A stretch of DNA of 64,000 nucleotides from a virus (Duplodnaviria; Caudoviricetes): positions 64,001-128,000 of the IMG/VR virus record IMGVR_UViG_2595698595_000001. One strand, 5' to 3'. The position numbers were made by a program, and so were the translations under genes. Under the pieces are notes generated by a model. It saw nothing but the letters and a program-made list of their open reading frames with translations, did not search any database and was not told where the DNA came from. Every line of letters begins with the position of its first letter. Position 1 is the first letter of the stretch. Below, piece after piece: positions 11,301 to 21,407 of this stretch.

Positions 11301-11501
11301 AAATCTTTATATTTATGGAGAACTCCTATAGATGCCCCGTTTTTCAAGAACGAGAATATACAAAACGCTTTTGTAACTATGTCTAAAGGAAATTCTACTA
11401 TAGAACCTGAACCATTTTCTTATACTTATACAGCTTGTATAGCTTCATACGCTAAAGCTAATAACGAAGGAGTAATTTTCAATACCGAAACAATACTTTA
11501 A
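8355..11501 (+). CDS. large structural protein, putative tail fibre/baseplate appendage
   Basis: 1048 aa, Ser/Thr/Gly/Asn-rich beta-type composition, in a late operon. Confidence 0.5.
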   Translation: MAQKIKSIYHGLDLLKNELKNALVKAEASDPHEIVNLELLEKAFLYDTVKAISIKNVYSTVGGLTAGTDVSNKNLKEIFDLIFFNPSSADYVYPLIANGKVTVSNNNSVVSENTLGSPIVIEEFLDYEGDVKVKVEFDYLQNDGGDLSSILLNGNDFLNDAIVTGNKYTVEIPIKSIIGNVNNKAVSLSIGYDEGPQKNDESGQPSGTPIPSGSIVFYSIVTFNNLSYPAFYKVLELNEFIEATFNYQTDGTFINGDNYASVPSDKVLVIGIPVQGNYADKIVLKDNSNFTNKTIRREIGISSSNTTGIQYKLYYYFSNESGNDFTIGLGPDLSELALDDSYGWIGVQESLICLNQGVDNSARYSQAELTFGSKLSGYILQNTTQVPNTTSASCLIGSSDIVIKLADLSTNRFTTLNDLYLNVRDNVDASNQIGLGTEQVILNGDKVEDQNGNEFTNKGFSVFQTVNGYSVLEIKSDNTYDFHRFPGKSNLVYEWKVVPSSGTCQVLFGQATGRFLYQTLELYIDNIAQGEFKDNLASDQDYVEPLYTAQCLNIIQNLGKGLEDTNRKYTDKNSCDFSLSDDIAAIGTVPDVDYYVSGNNSLCYQLVNGVYSLAGKANTIYIMVKISGIYYKILQINPDSSWQYHYYTDNSIALVPTSWVGDVSTGVCVIGANGQPTGYLNFTEIYLVYSDTTFGTELPSSRKNNGQDGDTVPDVLSDLCKNNLQDVEDITYNDLIAKINNSILARNKRYRIIDYKTVSDWSDGVTSLTLESDQIEPLIVLATSVNTLAPIAYSESFPDDVIYYNVSNDSSSSLYYGCTTGHITKRIDTINNSEYDFDFRNMKTGVYMDVNGEYPNVISLDTLHKISNSKISLAISDYGHFSSSGAQCCFIDCVIDYSEVNLQGVPTIFDSVDNIVPTIRDSKLTVFRDIKLMNTYVNGKPTEIISDKRFPLSLYACDIYAENLFLGYNANLSITRLIGWVAKSLYLWRTPIDAPFFKNENIQNAFVTMSKGNSTIEPEPFSYTYTACIASYAKANNEGVIFNTETIL

Positions 11502-11896
11502 TGAAAGAACAAAAATACATGATAGTACAAACGGTATCAGACTTAAGTCTGATACCGTTTCATAAACGTTTCAAAGGTCTTCTAGTTTACGTTATTGACG
11601 ATAAACGTTTTTACGTTATCAAATCTAAAATAGAAGATTTCGAACCTTTTAACGCTAATAAGCAAGTTGTAGTTTCTGCTAAAGATTTCATAAATCTTAC
11701 AGTATATCATAACTTGAATGCTAGAAATATCCAAGTGCATACAATATCTGACAAAGGTGTTTCTATGGATATTTACTGGAAACTTGGTACAAGCTTCGAT
11801 ATAAATAATACAGCTAATATCGAAAATGCCATAACTCTTATGTCTGGATATCCAATAAAGGAGCTTATACATATTATAATTTTAGAACTTAACTGA
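11501..11896 (+). CDS. hypothetical structural protein
   Basis: Coupled start (TAATG); RFKGLLVYV motif similar to the 7800 ORF N-terminus. Confidence 0.5.
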   Translation: MKEQKYMIVQTVSDLSLIPFHKRFKGLLVYVIDDKRFYVIKSKIEDFEPFNANKQVVVSAKDFINLTVYHNLNARNIQVHTISDKGVSMDIYWKLGTSFDINNTANIENAITLMSGYPIKELIHIIILELN

Positions 11897-11907
11897 TACA
11901 TCTACTT

Positions 11908-12525
11908 ATGGAAATAGATTTTGTCTCATCAAGTGTCACTCTTGGGGCAGTGGCTACATTTATATGGACTCAACGTTCGAAGATTCTTGCTGCAATATCA
12001 AGAGTTCTTGACATTCAGATGACAAAGTCTTTAGAAAAGAATTCAGAAATACTTACAGAAGTCTACGAATATATGAACGAAATACTTGTTGACACTTCAT
12101 CGAAAGTAACTAATGTTGCTATCGTAAAGTATCATAACGGTATGGATAAACTTACCATACATTCAAATATTCATAAAACTATGATACATGAATTATGTAG
12201 TAAGTCTGATGGTGCTTTAAAGGACATTATTCAAGATATTTCAGTAGATTCAAAAACGTTGGAATCTTTATTGAAACTTATATCGAATAACAATAAAGAG
12301 GAAGGAAAGGTTACTTTAGTCGATACTGATGATTTTGGATTATGTCAAAGAATCTATTCAGGAAAAGGTATTAAACGATACTATTCTTATTGTATATATC
12401 GTTCAACTGCTTACTATTTAGTTGTTCATATTTACACAGATTCTGACGAACATATCGAAATGGACGACTTGACAAATATGCAAGTCAATTCTATGAAGAT
12501 AGGTAAGTTATTAACGAAAAGATAA
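11908..12525 (+). CDS. putative holin-like membrane protein (single N-terminal TM segment plus soluble domain)
   Basis: Hydrophobic N-terminus then ~170-aa domain with KYHNG; late promoter at 11866-11873; architecture like T4 holin T (inference). Confidence 0.35.
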   Translation: MEIDFVSSSVTLGAVATFIWTQRSKILAAISRVLDIQMTKSLEKNSEILTEVYEYMNEILVDTSSKVTNVAIVKYHNGMDKLTIHSNIHKTMIHELCSKSDGALKDIIQDISVDSKTLESLLKLISNNNKEEGKVTLVDTDDFGLCQRIYSGKGIKRYYSYCIYRSTAYYLVVHIYTDSDEHIEMDDLTNMQVNSMKIGKLLTKR

Positions 12526-12543
12526 AAACAATAAACCTAGATT

Positions 12544-12588
12544 ACAAAAGGTCGTATGATATCATACGACCTTTTGTTGTTATACATA
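12544..12588 (+). terminator. perfect 34-bp palindrome terminator plus late promoter (12581-12588)
   Basis: ACAAAAGGTCGTATGAT|ATCATACGACCTTTTGT then TATACATA. Confidence 0.75.
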
Positions 12589-12613
12589 TACTGAATACTA
12601 TAATAGACAAAAC

Positions 12614-13207
12614 ATGAAAACGAATCAATATGTTACTGTAATTAACGCAAATATAGCTGAAAATGCTGGGGAGCAATCTTCACAGAGTACTGAATTGATT
12701 GAAACTGCTCAATTCGCTGGAGCTCAATGGTATAACGCACAGGTTCCAAATAATTCATTAGGTAAAAATGGAGATTATCTTATAATCACTGAAGCTATTG
12801 ATGGAACAGGATATACAAATGGAGATTTATATCGTAAAGAAAATGGAATATGGTTCTTTCAAAACTTCAACATATCTGGAGCTAAATTAACGACCTTCAA
12901 GGATATCAAAAACATATCAGCTAACGCTTATACATTATTAGAATCTGACTGGAATCCTATATTACAGTTTACGTCTAATAATTTACAAGATACTGTTGTA
13001 ACTATTCCTTTAGGATTACCTGCTAATATTCGTTTCGAAATTAGACGAATGGGTGCTTCTAAGGTTACATTAGTTGGTGCTTCAGGTGTAACATTGAGAT
13101 ATCCTCCTGAAGAATTACCAAACTTAGATAAGATTTACACGACAGCTGCTATAGAATGGACTAGCAATAATCAGTACATAGTTTACGGACACTTAGAAGT
13201 ATTATAA
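12614..13207 (+). CDS. tail-fibre-associated adaptor protein
   Basis: PNNSLGKNGDY and AYTLLESD...VTIP...GASKVTLVGASGVTL segments typical of fibre domains. Confidence 0.5.
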   Translation: MKTNQYVTVINANIAENAGEQSSQSTELIETAQFAGAQWYNAQVPNNSLGKNGDYLIITEAIDGTGYTNGDLYRKENGIWFFQNFNISGAKLTTFKDIKNISANAYTLLESDWNPILQFTSNNLQDTVVTIPLGLPANIRFEIRRMGASKVTLVGASGVTLRYPPEELPNLDKIYTTAAIEWTSNNQYIVYGHLEVL

Positions 13208-13210
13208 GAA

Positions 13211-16200
13211 ATGATTTCAAGAACAATTAAAGCATCAATTGACAGGAAGCAACCGACTCCACATATTTTCAAGATAGATACTAGATTACATACATCAGGT
13301 GTGACAAATAATAGTTTTGTTTTACCTACTTCTATAACTAGTATAGTACCTGATTCTTTTACAGTAGACTGGGGGGATGGAACACCTAAAGAAAAAATAA
13401 AAGCCACTTCTACCACATTGTCATACGTTTCTCATGATTATTCAGAACCGGGTGAATATATTATTGAAATTCAAGGTGTCGTTACAAGATGGAATCATAC
13501 CCCAACAGCCGATCCGAATTTCAATGATTATAAAAGATGTGTTGTTGAAGTATTGCAATTTGGTGAAACTCTCACAAGGAGAAGTAACAACAACCCTTCA
13601 AATTTTGGAATAACATTCAATGGATATAGTAATTGTACGTTTGAGAATGTAACGGATGTACCTAAAATAAACGATCCGTTATATCCATGGAGTTTAGCAT
13701 ATTTCTTTCAGGGGTGTACCAAACTTACATTCGTAAATAACTTAGAATTGTGGAATACATCATTGGTTTTATCCATGGAGGGAATGTTCAACGGGTGTGT
13801 ATTATTCAACCAATCATTGATTTCTTTTGATGTATCTAAAGTCATGATCATGGCTTATATGTTCGCTAATTGTAAGGTATTCAATCAGAATTTAAATTCT
13901 TGGAATGTAAGTAATGTAACCACTATGCAATCTATGTTTGTAGGGTGTAGTGTTTATAACCAACCAATGAATTATTGGGATGTGGGTAAGGTGAATAATT
14001 TCAATTCGATGTTCTCAAGGTGTGTAGTATTCAATCAAGACCTAAGTACATGGAACGTATCTCAAGCAACTAACACCACAAGCATGTTTGCCGCTTGTAA
14101 TAAATTTAATTCTGATGTTAGTAATTGGAATGTCAGTAAAATGACATCAGCTAACAATATGTTTCAGGAATGCTTCGACTTCAATTCCGATGTGAGTAAC
14201 TGGGATGTTTCCAAAGTCGTTAATTTCTCATCGATGTTCATGCGGTGTAGTTCGTTCAATCGTAATCTATCAAGTTGGTCTATGGTTTCAGCAACCAATA
14301 CTTCCAATATGTTGATAGGTTGTTCAGTATTTAATTCACCAGTACCGACTGCATATTCTGATAAACTTCTGAACGTTGCGGGTATGTTCAAAAGTTGTTT
14401 GGTATTCAATCAACCAGTTAGTTTCAATAATGCAATAAACATTAATAGTGCTGATGCTATATTTGAGTTATGTGGTGAATTTAATAGTACTGTGAACATA
14501 CCTTCTGATAAAGTTACAGCATACGGGGCAGCTTTCGCTAGTTGTAGAAAGTTTAACCAACCATTAACTGGTATTAATACTACTTCAACTACTCACGCTT
14601 CTAGAATGTTTGCTAACTGTGATGTTCTTAATCAGTCTATTAGTCATTTCAATTTGAACAAATTGATATTATCTAGCAGTATGTTCTATGGTTGTTTGAA
14701 ATTTAATCAATCATTTGCTGGAAAAATGACTTCAGGTACTGTTACTAACACTAACAATATGTTCGCTAACTGTCAAGAATTTACTGGTACTGGTGTTGAA
14801 TCCTTTAACATGAGTAACGTTACTAATACTAATGGTATGTTCTTACAATGTTATGTTTTCGACGGTAACGTAAGTGGATGGAATGTTGGTAAGGTCATTG
14901 ACATGCAAGGTATGTTCCAAGACTGTTTCGTATTTGATAGAAGTCTTAGAACATGGAATGTTAGTTCTGTACAATATATTACAAAAATGTTACATAGCTG
15001 TGCTAAATTTGACAACTGGTTACCAAGTGGATTTACTAGTTTGTTAAGTATGAACAGAGAATATCCTTTGAACAAAACTTCTTATAGTGGTGATCCTATC
15101 AATATAGTTACACAGAATCCGTTATTCAATGATGAATTCATTAAGGACATGCTTGATAATTCCAAACTGAATAACAAGACTATTAATATGTTTGGTAATC
15201 AGGTAACAGAAATAGGCGAAGCCACAATAACATCAATGAATTCTAGTGGTTGGAATGTATATAACTATACTGTTCAACAGCCTATGAAACTACGTGTAAA
15301 TGCACACACTGACGGTAAATTCGCTCTTCCAATATTATGGATGAGACGTTCTGATATACAAGTAATCATTAACATTGATACTCAGGACTTTGACTCATTC
15401 TTACCAGAAAAACAAACATTCAAGTGGATAGCACCAAATAAAAACATAGTTTCACCGACAGTAAACATAAAAAATAGTGACCCACTTGCTGATGAAATGG
15501 CATTAGGTACAGGTGTTACTGATGAGGTGATCCATGTGTACGGTAAACTTTCCACATTTGGTGAATATTCAATGTATTCAGGTACTATGAATCAAAAAGG
15601 TAAGTTGATACAATATATTGATGACTGGGGTGAGATGTTAAGATTCGGTAACGTTTCAATGTATGGGATGATCAATTTAAAAGCAATACCTGCATTCAAA
15701 CCAAATACTAGGGTTTGGAATTGTAAGTATATGTTCTCTGAAATCAAATTCAATTTTGATGTCAGTGGATTAGATACTTCATTATCTAAAAACATGTCGA
15801 ATATGTTTAGAGATTGTTGGGCTTTTAATAACCCGGTGAATTTCAACACTAGTAATGTAACTGATATGTCTAACATGTTCCTTAGAAGTTCAGTATTCAA
15901 TCAATCTGTTAATTTCGATACAAGTAATGTTACTAGTATGTTGAATATGTTCTATGGAAGTACTGCCTTTAACAAACCAGTAAATTTCAACACTAGTAAT
16001 GTAACTGACATGTATCAAATGTTTTATGACTGTTCATCATTTAATAGTTCTATTACTTTTTCTGATACTAGTAAAGTAACTAATATGTCAAGCATGTTCA
16101 GAAATTGCACTGTTTTTAATCAACTAGTAAATTTCAACACTGTTAATGTAACAAATATGTCCACTATGTTTGGTAGTTGTGTCATATTCGATCAGTCAAT

Positions 16201-18784
16201 CGATTTCAATACTAGTAATGTCACTAACATGTCAGGTATGCTAGCTGGATGTAGGATGTTCAATCAACCTTTAAATTTTGATACTAGTAACGTCACTAAC
16301 ATGTCAGCTATGTTTAGTGATTGTCGTAAGTTCAATCAGTTATTAAATTTCGATACTAAAAAGGTAACGAATATGTCAAGCATGTTTTATCAATGTTTAG
16401 TATTCAATCAACCTGTAGTATTTCAGACTCCTTTGTTAACTAATACAGCAAGCATGTTTTATAATTGCGGTGCATTCAATAATTCTGTAGAATTAGATAC
16501 TAGTAATGTAACAGACATGTCGAATATGTTTAATGAATGTCGCTTATTTGATCAACCGATCGATTTCGATACAGGTAAGGTAAAAAATATGGCACACATG
16601 TTCTATAATTGCCGAGTATTCAATCAATCGGTATTCTTCAATACTAATGAGGTTACAAATATGGCGAATATGTTCTCGAATTGTTATTTATTTAACCAAC
16701 CGATTGTATTTCAGACCCCGTTAGTAACTAATATGAGTGAAATGTTTAATGGATGTGCTGTATTCAATCAATCTATTAACTTCAATACACCGAAATTAGC
16801 AGGATCGTTGCGAAGTATGTTCGGTTCATGTGTTAAATTAACACAACCAGTAATCCTATCCGACACAAGTAGGGTTACAAACATGTCATATATGTTCAGT
16901 GAATGTGAATTATTCAACTACCCAGTCAGTTTAGATACGTCATCAGTAACTGACACCCAAGGAATGTTCAGGGGGTGTACTTCATTAAACCAAGAATTAT
17001 CATTAGATTTATCGAAATGTCAATTGAGTGGTAACATGTTTCAGAGATGTACCTCATTGAATAAGCAACTTAATTTAACTAACACTGGTTTGATTAGAGC
17101 TATGTCAGGTATGTTTAATTTATGTTCTTCTTTGAACATGAGTTTCGAATCTTTCGATTTCAAATCTATAACTACTATGCAAAGTCTTAATAGTTTCATA
17201 TCGAATGATAACAATAATTCGATACCATTATCAGTTGAAAACTATGATAGCTTGCTTAAGAGGTTATCAGAAACATTGGTGTTTAGTGGACTGAATAAGA
17301 CAAATTCTTTTAGGGCTGATGGGCTTAAATATTCATTGACTGGAAAACAATACAGGGACGTACTTACAACCAATGGAGTTACTGTGGTGGACGCAGGATT
17401 GTATGTCGATAGAAGTAATCCATTTAAATTTACCATTGATACTAGGAATGTAAGTTCAGCTAGTGCGATGGATAATGAGTTTAAGTTACCAATGTCTAGT
17501 GTTTTGTCACCATTAGTTGTTGAATGGGGTGATGGTAATGAATCGATGATTTTTAATTTATCGGAAAATAATACACATATTTACCAAACAGCAGGTATTT
17601 ACACGATTAGTATACATGGTGAGGTTAAATCATTTAACTTCCTAAATACTGACGTGCATAACTTGAAGATGCTTAGTGTTGATAACTGGGGTAAATTAAC
17701 ATTCATAAGTAATGGTATGTTTAATAGAACTATATCGTTTTTTAACTGCACTAATCTAAAACTGGATAATGTTATTGGTGTACCGATCATAGAATCAGGG
17801 GCTAATTTTGTAGAGTTATTCCATTTATGTACGTCACTGGTAACTGTTAATGGTCTAGAAAATTGGGATTTCAGTGGGGTTGTTTCGATGGAGAATATGT
17901 TCGCTTTTTGTACAAATTTCAATCAACCTATAGTAATAAATAACGCTGTTAGTTTAAACCGTACCACTAGAATGTTCATTAGATGTAGTAATTTTAACAG
18001 TACGGTATCGATGTATACAGATAATGTAGAACAAATGACCAGTATGTTTGCTGAATGTAAAAAGTTAAATAGTCAGGTAACATTTACAAATACGGGTAAT
18101 GTTAGTGATTTTTCATCATTATTTTCAGAATGTTCGTTATTCAACCAACCAATTGTTTTAGATACTACTTCGGCAGTATTATTGAGAAATATGTTTTTTA
18201 GGTGTGATAAATTCAATCAACCAATTAACTTAGATACAAAAACAGTGGTGTCTGCAAGTAGTATGTTTATGTGGTGTGTTTCATTCAACCAACCAATTAA
18301 TTTTGATATGCGTAATGCCACAGATATCAGCGATATGTTTGCTAATTGTAGTGCTTTGAATAGTCAGGTTACATTAACCAATGCTAATAAGATAACCACA
18401 TATAATTACATGTTCAGTGGTTGTACATCATTCAATAAACCAATTGATTTTGATTCTACTGAAGCATGTGAAGATTTCCACGGAATGTTCAATGAAAGTA
18501 ATGCATTTAACCAAAGTTTCCAAGGATTCAATTTCAGCAGTGTTACCGATGCCACTAAAATAAGGAGTATATTATCTAGAATGGTTACTGTAACTCCACC
18601 ACCTTTATCACCCGCTAATTACGATTCACTTCTCGAAAGATTGGCAAATACACTTGTGTTCTCAAATATATCAGGTGTTTGTGAGTTATGGGCTAGTGGT
18701 TTAAAATATACTGCACAGGGTGCTATATATAGAAATCACTTAATAGCTAACGGATTCACCATTACTGACGGTGGTCAAGTTTAA
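13211..18784 (+). CDS. BspA-like / DUF285 repeat protein with PKD-like domains, candidate receptor-binding protein
   Basis: Dozens of (W/F)(N/D)xSNVTxMxxMFxxCxxFNQ repeats; DWGDG and EWGDG PKD-like motifs. Confidence 0.85.
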   Translation: MISRTIKASIDRKQPTPHIFKIDTRLHTSGVTNNSFVLPTSITSIVPDSFTVDWGDGTPKEKIKATSTTLSYVSHDYSEPGEYIIEIQGVVTRWNHTPTADPNFNDYKRCVVEVLQFGETLTRRSNNNPSNFGITFNGYSNCTFENVTDVPKINDPLYPWSLAYFFQGCTKLTFVNNLELWNTSLVLSMEGMFNGCVLFNQSLISFDVSKVMIMAYMFANCKVFNQNLNSWNVSNVTTMQSMFVGCSVYNQPMNYWDVGKVNNFNSMFSRCVVFNQDLSTWNVSQATNTTSMFAACNKFNSDVSNWNVSKMTSANNMFQECFDFNSDVSNWDVSKVVNFSSMFMRCSSFNRNLSSWSMVSATNTSNMLIGCSVFNSPVPTAYSDKLLNVAGMFKSCLVFNQPVSFNNAININSADAIFELCGEFNSTVNIPSDKVTAYGAAFASCRKFNQPLTGINTTSTTHASRMFANCDVLNQSISHFNLNKLILSSSMFYGCLKFNQSFAGKMTSGTVTNTNNMFANCQEFTGTGVESFNMSNVTNTNGMFLQCYVFDGNVSGWNVGKVIDMQGMFQDCFVFDRSLRTWNVSSVQYITKMLHSCAKFDNWLPSGFTSLLSMNREYPLNKTSYSGDPINIVTQNPLFNDEFIKDMLDNSKLNNKTINMFGNQVTEIGEATITSMNSSGWNVYNYTVQQPMKLRVNAHTDGKFALPILWMRRSDIQVIINIDTQDFDSFLPEKQTFKWIAPNKNIVSPTVNIKNSDPLADEMALGTGVTDEVIHVYGKLSTFGEYSMYSGTMNQKGKLIQYIDDWGEMLRFGNVSMYGMINLKAIPAFKPNTRVWNCKYMFSEIKFNFDVSGLDTSLSKNMSNMFRDCWAFNNPVNFNTSNVTDMSNMFLRSSVFNQSVNFDTSNVTSMLNMFYGSTAFNKPVNFNTSNVTDMYQMFYDCSSFNSSITFSDTSKVTNMSSMFRNCTVFNQLVNFNTVNVTNMSTMFGSCVIFDQSIDFNTSNVTNMSGMLAGCRMFNQPLNFDTSNVTNMSAMFSDCRKFNQLLNFDTKKVTNMSSMFYQCLVFNQPVVFQTPLLTNTASMFYNCGAFNNSVELDTSNVTDMSNMFNECRLFDQPIDFDTGKVKNMAHMFYNCRVFNQSVFFNTNEVTNMANMFSNCYLFNQPIVFQTPLVTNMSEMFNGCAVFNQSINFNTPKLAGSLRSMFGSCVKLTQPVILSDTSRVTNMSYMFSECELFNYPVSLDTSSVTDTQGMFRGCTSLNQELSLDLSKCQLSGNMFQRCTSLNKQLNLTNTGLIRAMSGMFNLCSSLNMSFESFDFKSITTMQSLNSFISNDNNNSIPLSVENYDSLLKRLSETLVFSGLNKTNSFRADGLKYSLTGKQYRDVLTTNGVTVVDAGLYVDRSNPFKFTIDTRNVSSASAMDNEFKLPMSSVLSPLVVEWGDGNESMIFNLSENNTHIYQTAGIYTISIHGEVKSFNFLNTDVHNLKMLSVDNWGKLTFISNGMFNRTISFFNCTNLKLDNVIGVPIIESGANFVELFHLCTSLVTVNGLENWDFSGVVSMENMFAFCTNFNQPIVINNAVSLNRTTRMFIRCSNFNSTVSMYTDNVEQMTSMFAECKKLNSQVTFTNTGNVSDFSSLFSECSLFNQPIVLDTTSAVLLRNMFFRCDKFNQPINLDTKTVVSASSMFMWCVSFNQPINFDMRNATDISDMFANCSALNSQVTLTNANKITTYNYMFSGCTSFNKPIDFDSTEACEDFHGMFNESNAFNQSFQGFNFSSVTDATKIRSILSRMVTVTPPPLSPANYDSLLERLANTLVFSNISGVCELWASGLKYTAQGAIYRNHLIANGFTITDGGQV

Positions 18785-18789
18785 TCAGT

Positions 18790-18815
18790 AACTTTCGAAA
18801 ATAGTTTGGTATTAT
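18790..18815 (+). promoter_or_regulatory. early/middle-type promoter
   Basis: AACTTT-N11-TGGTATTAT, same spacing as the other copies. Confidence 0.5.
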
Positions 18816-18841
18816 ACAAAATATCAAACTATTTTTCTTTT

Positions 18842-19390
18842 ATGAGACAATTTCTTATCAAGTATGTAATGCGATACAGACTATCGCAAGGTTCGTTATC
18901 CAGTGATATTCAGTTATTCGCTGTAACTTTATCACTAGTATTGGGAATTTTATTCAAATTGTCAATTTGGACAGTTTTAGCTATTCCAGTAATACCACTA
19001 CTAGCCACAAGCATATACACGTTAATCACTAAACGTAATGATTTCGCAAGAAAGCTTTCAAGAGTTACTGGAGTTTCAACAACTTCTAGACTACATGACT
19101 TACTGAAACTTTCAATTATATTGATAACTTTAACAGTAAACTATACATCTATAGAATTTGTTCTGATATCAATAATCTTAGTAGTTTCTTTATTCTACAA
19201 CATTCAAGCATATTTTCAAAAATATCCAGTTAAAATATCAGAGATAAAACAATCTGACAGTATAGTACAATTATATTGGATTTACTCTTCGTTACAGGAA
19301 CAAGCACAATTACCGATACATAATCGTCATAATTACGAATCAGTTATGGAGCTATATCGTGACCATATATCAAGGATTAAAGCTAAGTAA
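18842..19390 (+). CDS. membrane protein (about 4 TM segments)
   Basis: Hydrophobic stretches; ATG 18842 preferred to TTG 18806, which lies inside the promoter. Confidence 0.6.
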   Translation: MRQFLIKYVMRYRLSQGSLSSDIQLFAVTLSLVLGILFKLSIWTVLAIPVIPLLATSIYTLITKRNDFARKLSRVTGVSTTSRLHDLLKLSIILITLTVNYTSIEFVLISIILVVSLFYNIQAYFQKYPVKISEIKQSDSIVQLYWIYSSLQEQAQLPIHNRHNYESVMELYRDHISRIKAK

Positions 19391-19414
19391 CATTCGTTAA
19401 ATCTTTAGTACTAT
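19389..19414 (+). promoter_or_regulatory. early/middle-type promoter
   Basis: AACATT-N11-TAGTACTAT upstream of the polymerase gene. Confidence 0.6.
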
Positions 19415-19440
19415 ACATTTATATAAATATAGTTTCAAGT

Positions 19441-20904
19441 ATGATAATAGACATTGTTCAAAAATCAACACATGTTGACATATCACATTCTACGAAGGAA
19501 GGTAAGATAGTTGTAACATCTGTACCACTTCCCGAAAATGGATATGAAAATTGGGTAATATGTTCCGAAAATGACCCAGACAAAGACCCAGTATTTAGAA
19601 ATTTCAAAGGTGAACCTGTTAAACGGTTACCAGGTGCTAGATTTTGGGATTTAAATCTTAACGAATTCGTATCTAAAAGATTATCACCAGAACTTGACGA
19701 ATCGATTCATTCGAATTATGTTCCTGAAATGTTCTCTGTAGATATTGAGACTGAGATTAAGGATGAGTTTCCCGGTGCTGAAGAAGCTAAAACAAGAATC
19801 TTAGTATTTACTATTACAGCACCTAACATGGCTACTTTAGTATTGTCATTAAAGGAGAAAGCTCATGAAATCGACGATTCAAAAGTTTCTCAGTATATCG
19901 AGGAAGCTATGGATAAACTTGAATGGGGTAAACAATTAAGACCTTCTAATGGATGGCAATGGGTTAATCAAGTTTTCGATACTGAGGGTGAAATGATTAC
20001 ATATTTCCTTGACTTAATGAGAACGACAATGGGTTACATTGGAGGATGGAATTTCCATGCATATGACTGGAAGTACATTACGAATCGTTGTTCTAAACTT
20101 GGTATCGATTTAGGTCGTTCATCACCAGAACATGAAATAGACCGTGAAGGATATCCAATCCATAGAATAGTTCATGACTATATGCATCAATATCAAAGAA
20201 GTGCATATGATTATGAAAATGAATCTTTCAGTTTGGATGCTGTATCACAATGGGAACTTGGTATTGGTAAGTTAGATTATGGAGGATTAGGACTTAAGGA
20301 ATTATACGAACAGGATTATTCAAAGTATATAGCATACGCAATTGTCGATACAGCTTTAGTACAATTAATACATAAGAAAACAGCAAGGAGTGAATGGGTT
20401 TTCGCATTTGGTGAGTATCTTAGAATTGGTGTAAAACAAGCCAACGGTTCACTTGCTCAGGCTGACGCTTTATGTTTTGAAGATATGTACGTTAACAATG
20501 TCGTATATGGTGTTCAAAAACAATCGGTTGAAAAAGAACCTTATGAGGGTGGTTTCGTTAAGAACCCAGTTCGTAAGTATTGCGATTATCCAGTAGGTTA
20601 TGATGCTAAAGCTCTATATCCAAATACAATGCGTTCTTTGAATTTGTCATTTGAAAATTACATTGGTAAAGCAGCGAATGATACTGAAGCTAAAGCTTAT
20701 TTACAGAAAGGTTATATCGTTACAGAAAGAAACAATGTTTATAAGAACGATAAGGACTATATGTACAAACGTATTCAAGAGAAACTTGCTAATCAACGTG
20801 CACAATTCCAGAATTTACAAAACGATATTTGGACTAACGCTTTATCAGTTTTAGACTCTGAAGCTGAAAGACGTGGTATCAAATTAAAGAAACATGATTC
20901 ATAA
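19441..20904 (+). CDS. gp43: family B DNA polymerase, N-terminal subunit (3'-5' exonuclease plus motif A)
   Basis: ExoI DIETE, ExoII GWNFHAYD, FSLDAVS, ExoIII YAIVD, YEGGFV, motif A YDAKALYPN. Confidence 0.9.
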   Translation: MIIDIVQKSTHVDISHSTKEGKIVVTSVPLPENGYENWVICSENDPDKDPVFRNFKGEPVKRLPGARFWDLNLNEFVSKRLSPELDESIHSNYVPEMFSVDIETEIKDEFPGAEEAKTRILVFTITAPNMATLVLSLKEKAHEIDDSKVSQYIEEAMDKLEWGKQLRPSNGWQWVNQVFDTEGEMITYFLDLMRTTMGYIGGWNFHAYDWKYITNRCSKLGIDLGRSSPEHEIDREGYPIHRIVHDYMHQYQRSAYDYENESFSLDAVSQWELGIGKLDYGGLGLKELYEQDYSKYIAYAIVDTALVQLIHKKTARSEWVFAFGEYLRIGVKQANGSLAQADALCFEDMYVNNVVYGVQKQSVEKEPYEGGFVKNPVRKYCDYPVGYDAKALYPNTMRSLNLSFENYIGKAANDTEAKAYLQKGYIVTERNNVYKNDKDYMYKRIQEKLANQRAQFQNLQNDIWTNALSVLDSEAERRGIKLKKHDS

Positions 20905-21407
20905 TGACAGATTTCAAATCGATCAAATTACAAGATAATGGAGCTGTATGTTCCAATCTTAAAGTTACACAAGAAAGTCTTGATATAAGTAACGGTGACA
21001 TTCTAACAATGATTTTCAACTTACAGAAAGAACTTCAATCAGAAGTATTTAATTTCGATATGAAAGAAATTAGAAAAACTGTAGGTTCTATGAAAGAATT
21101 CTATGAATGGAACGCTGAAGGATTACGTGACGAACTTTCAGAGTTTCGTAATGCTATGGGAGGTCTTGAGAAATATCCTAACAAAGAATTCTGGAAAACT
21201 TGGAAAACTAAACATAAGGAATGTCTAGAACGTGAATTCTCAGATTTCTCAGAACAGGAAATATTAGAACTTAAATTCGAATGGATTGACATGTTCAAAT
21301 TCTTGATGAATCTTGGAATCATGATTAACATTTCACCACAGGAAATTGGTAAGATGTTTGTAGCGAAAAATGAGGAAAACATAAAACGTATGAACAATGG
21401 ATATTAA
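20904..21407 (+). CDS. dimeric all-alpha dUTPase/dCTP pyrophosphatase (T4 gp56-like)
   Basis: DELSE...WKTWK...EWIDMFKF...AKNEENIKRMNNGY. Confidence 0.75.
   Translation: MTDFKSIKLQDNGAVCSNLKVTQESLDISNGDILTMIFNLQKELQSEVFNFDMKEIRKTVGSMKEFYEWNAEGLRDELSEFRNAMGGLEKYPNKEFWKTWKTKHKECLEREFSDFSEQEILELKFEWIDMFKFLMNLGIMINISPQEIGKMFVAKNEENIKRMNNGY

Noticed and set aside
13700-18520. Tandem repeats as a CRISPR array or DGR template
   Set aside because: They are degenerate protein-coding repeats in one frame; no constant repeat/unique spacer pattern, no adenine-only variant pair and no reverse transcriptase seen
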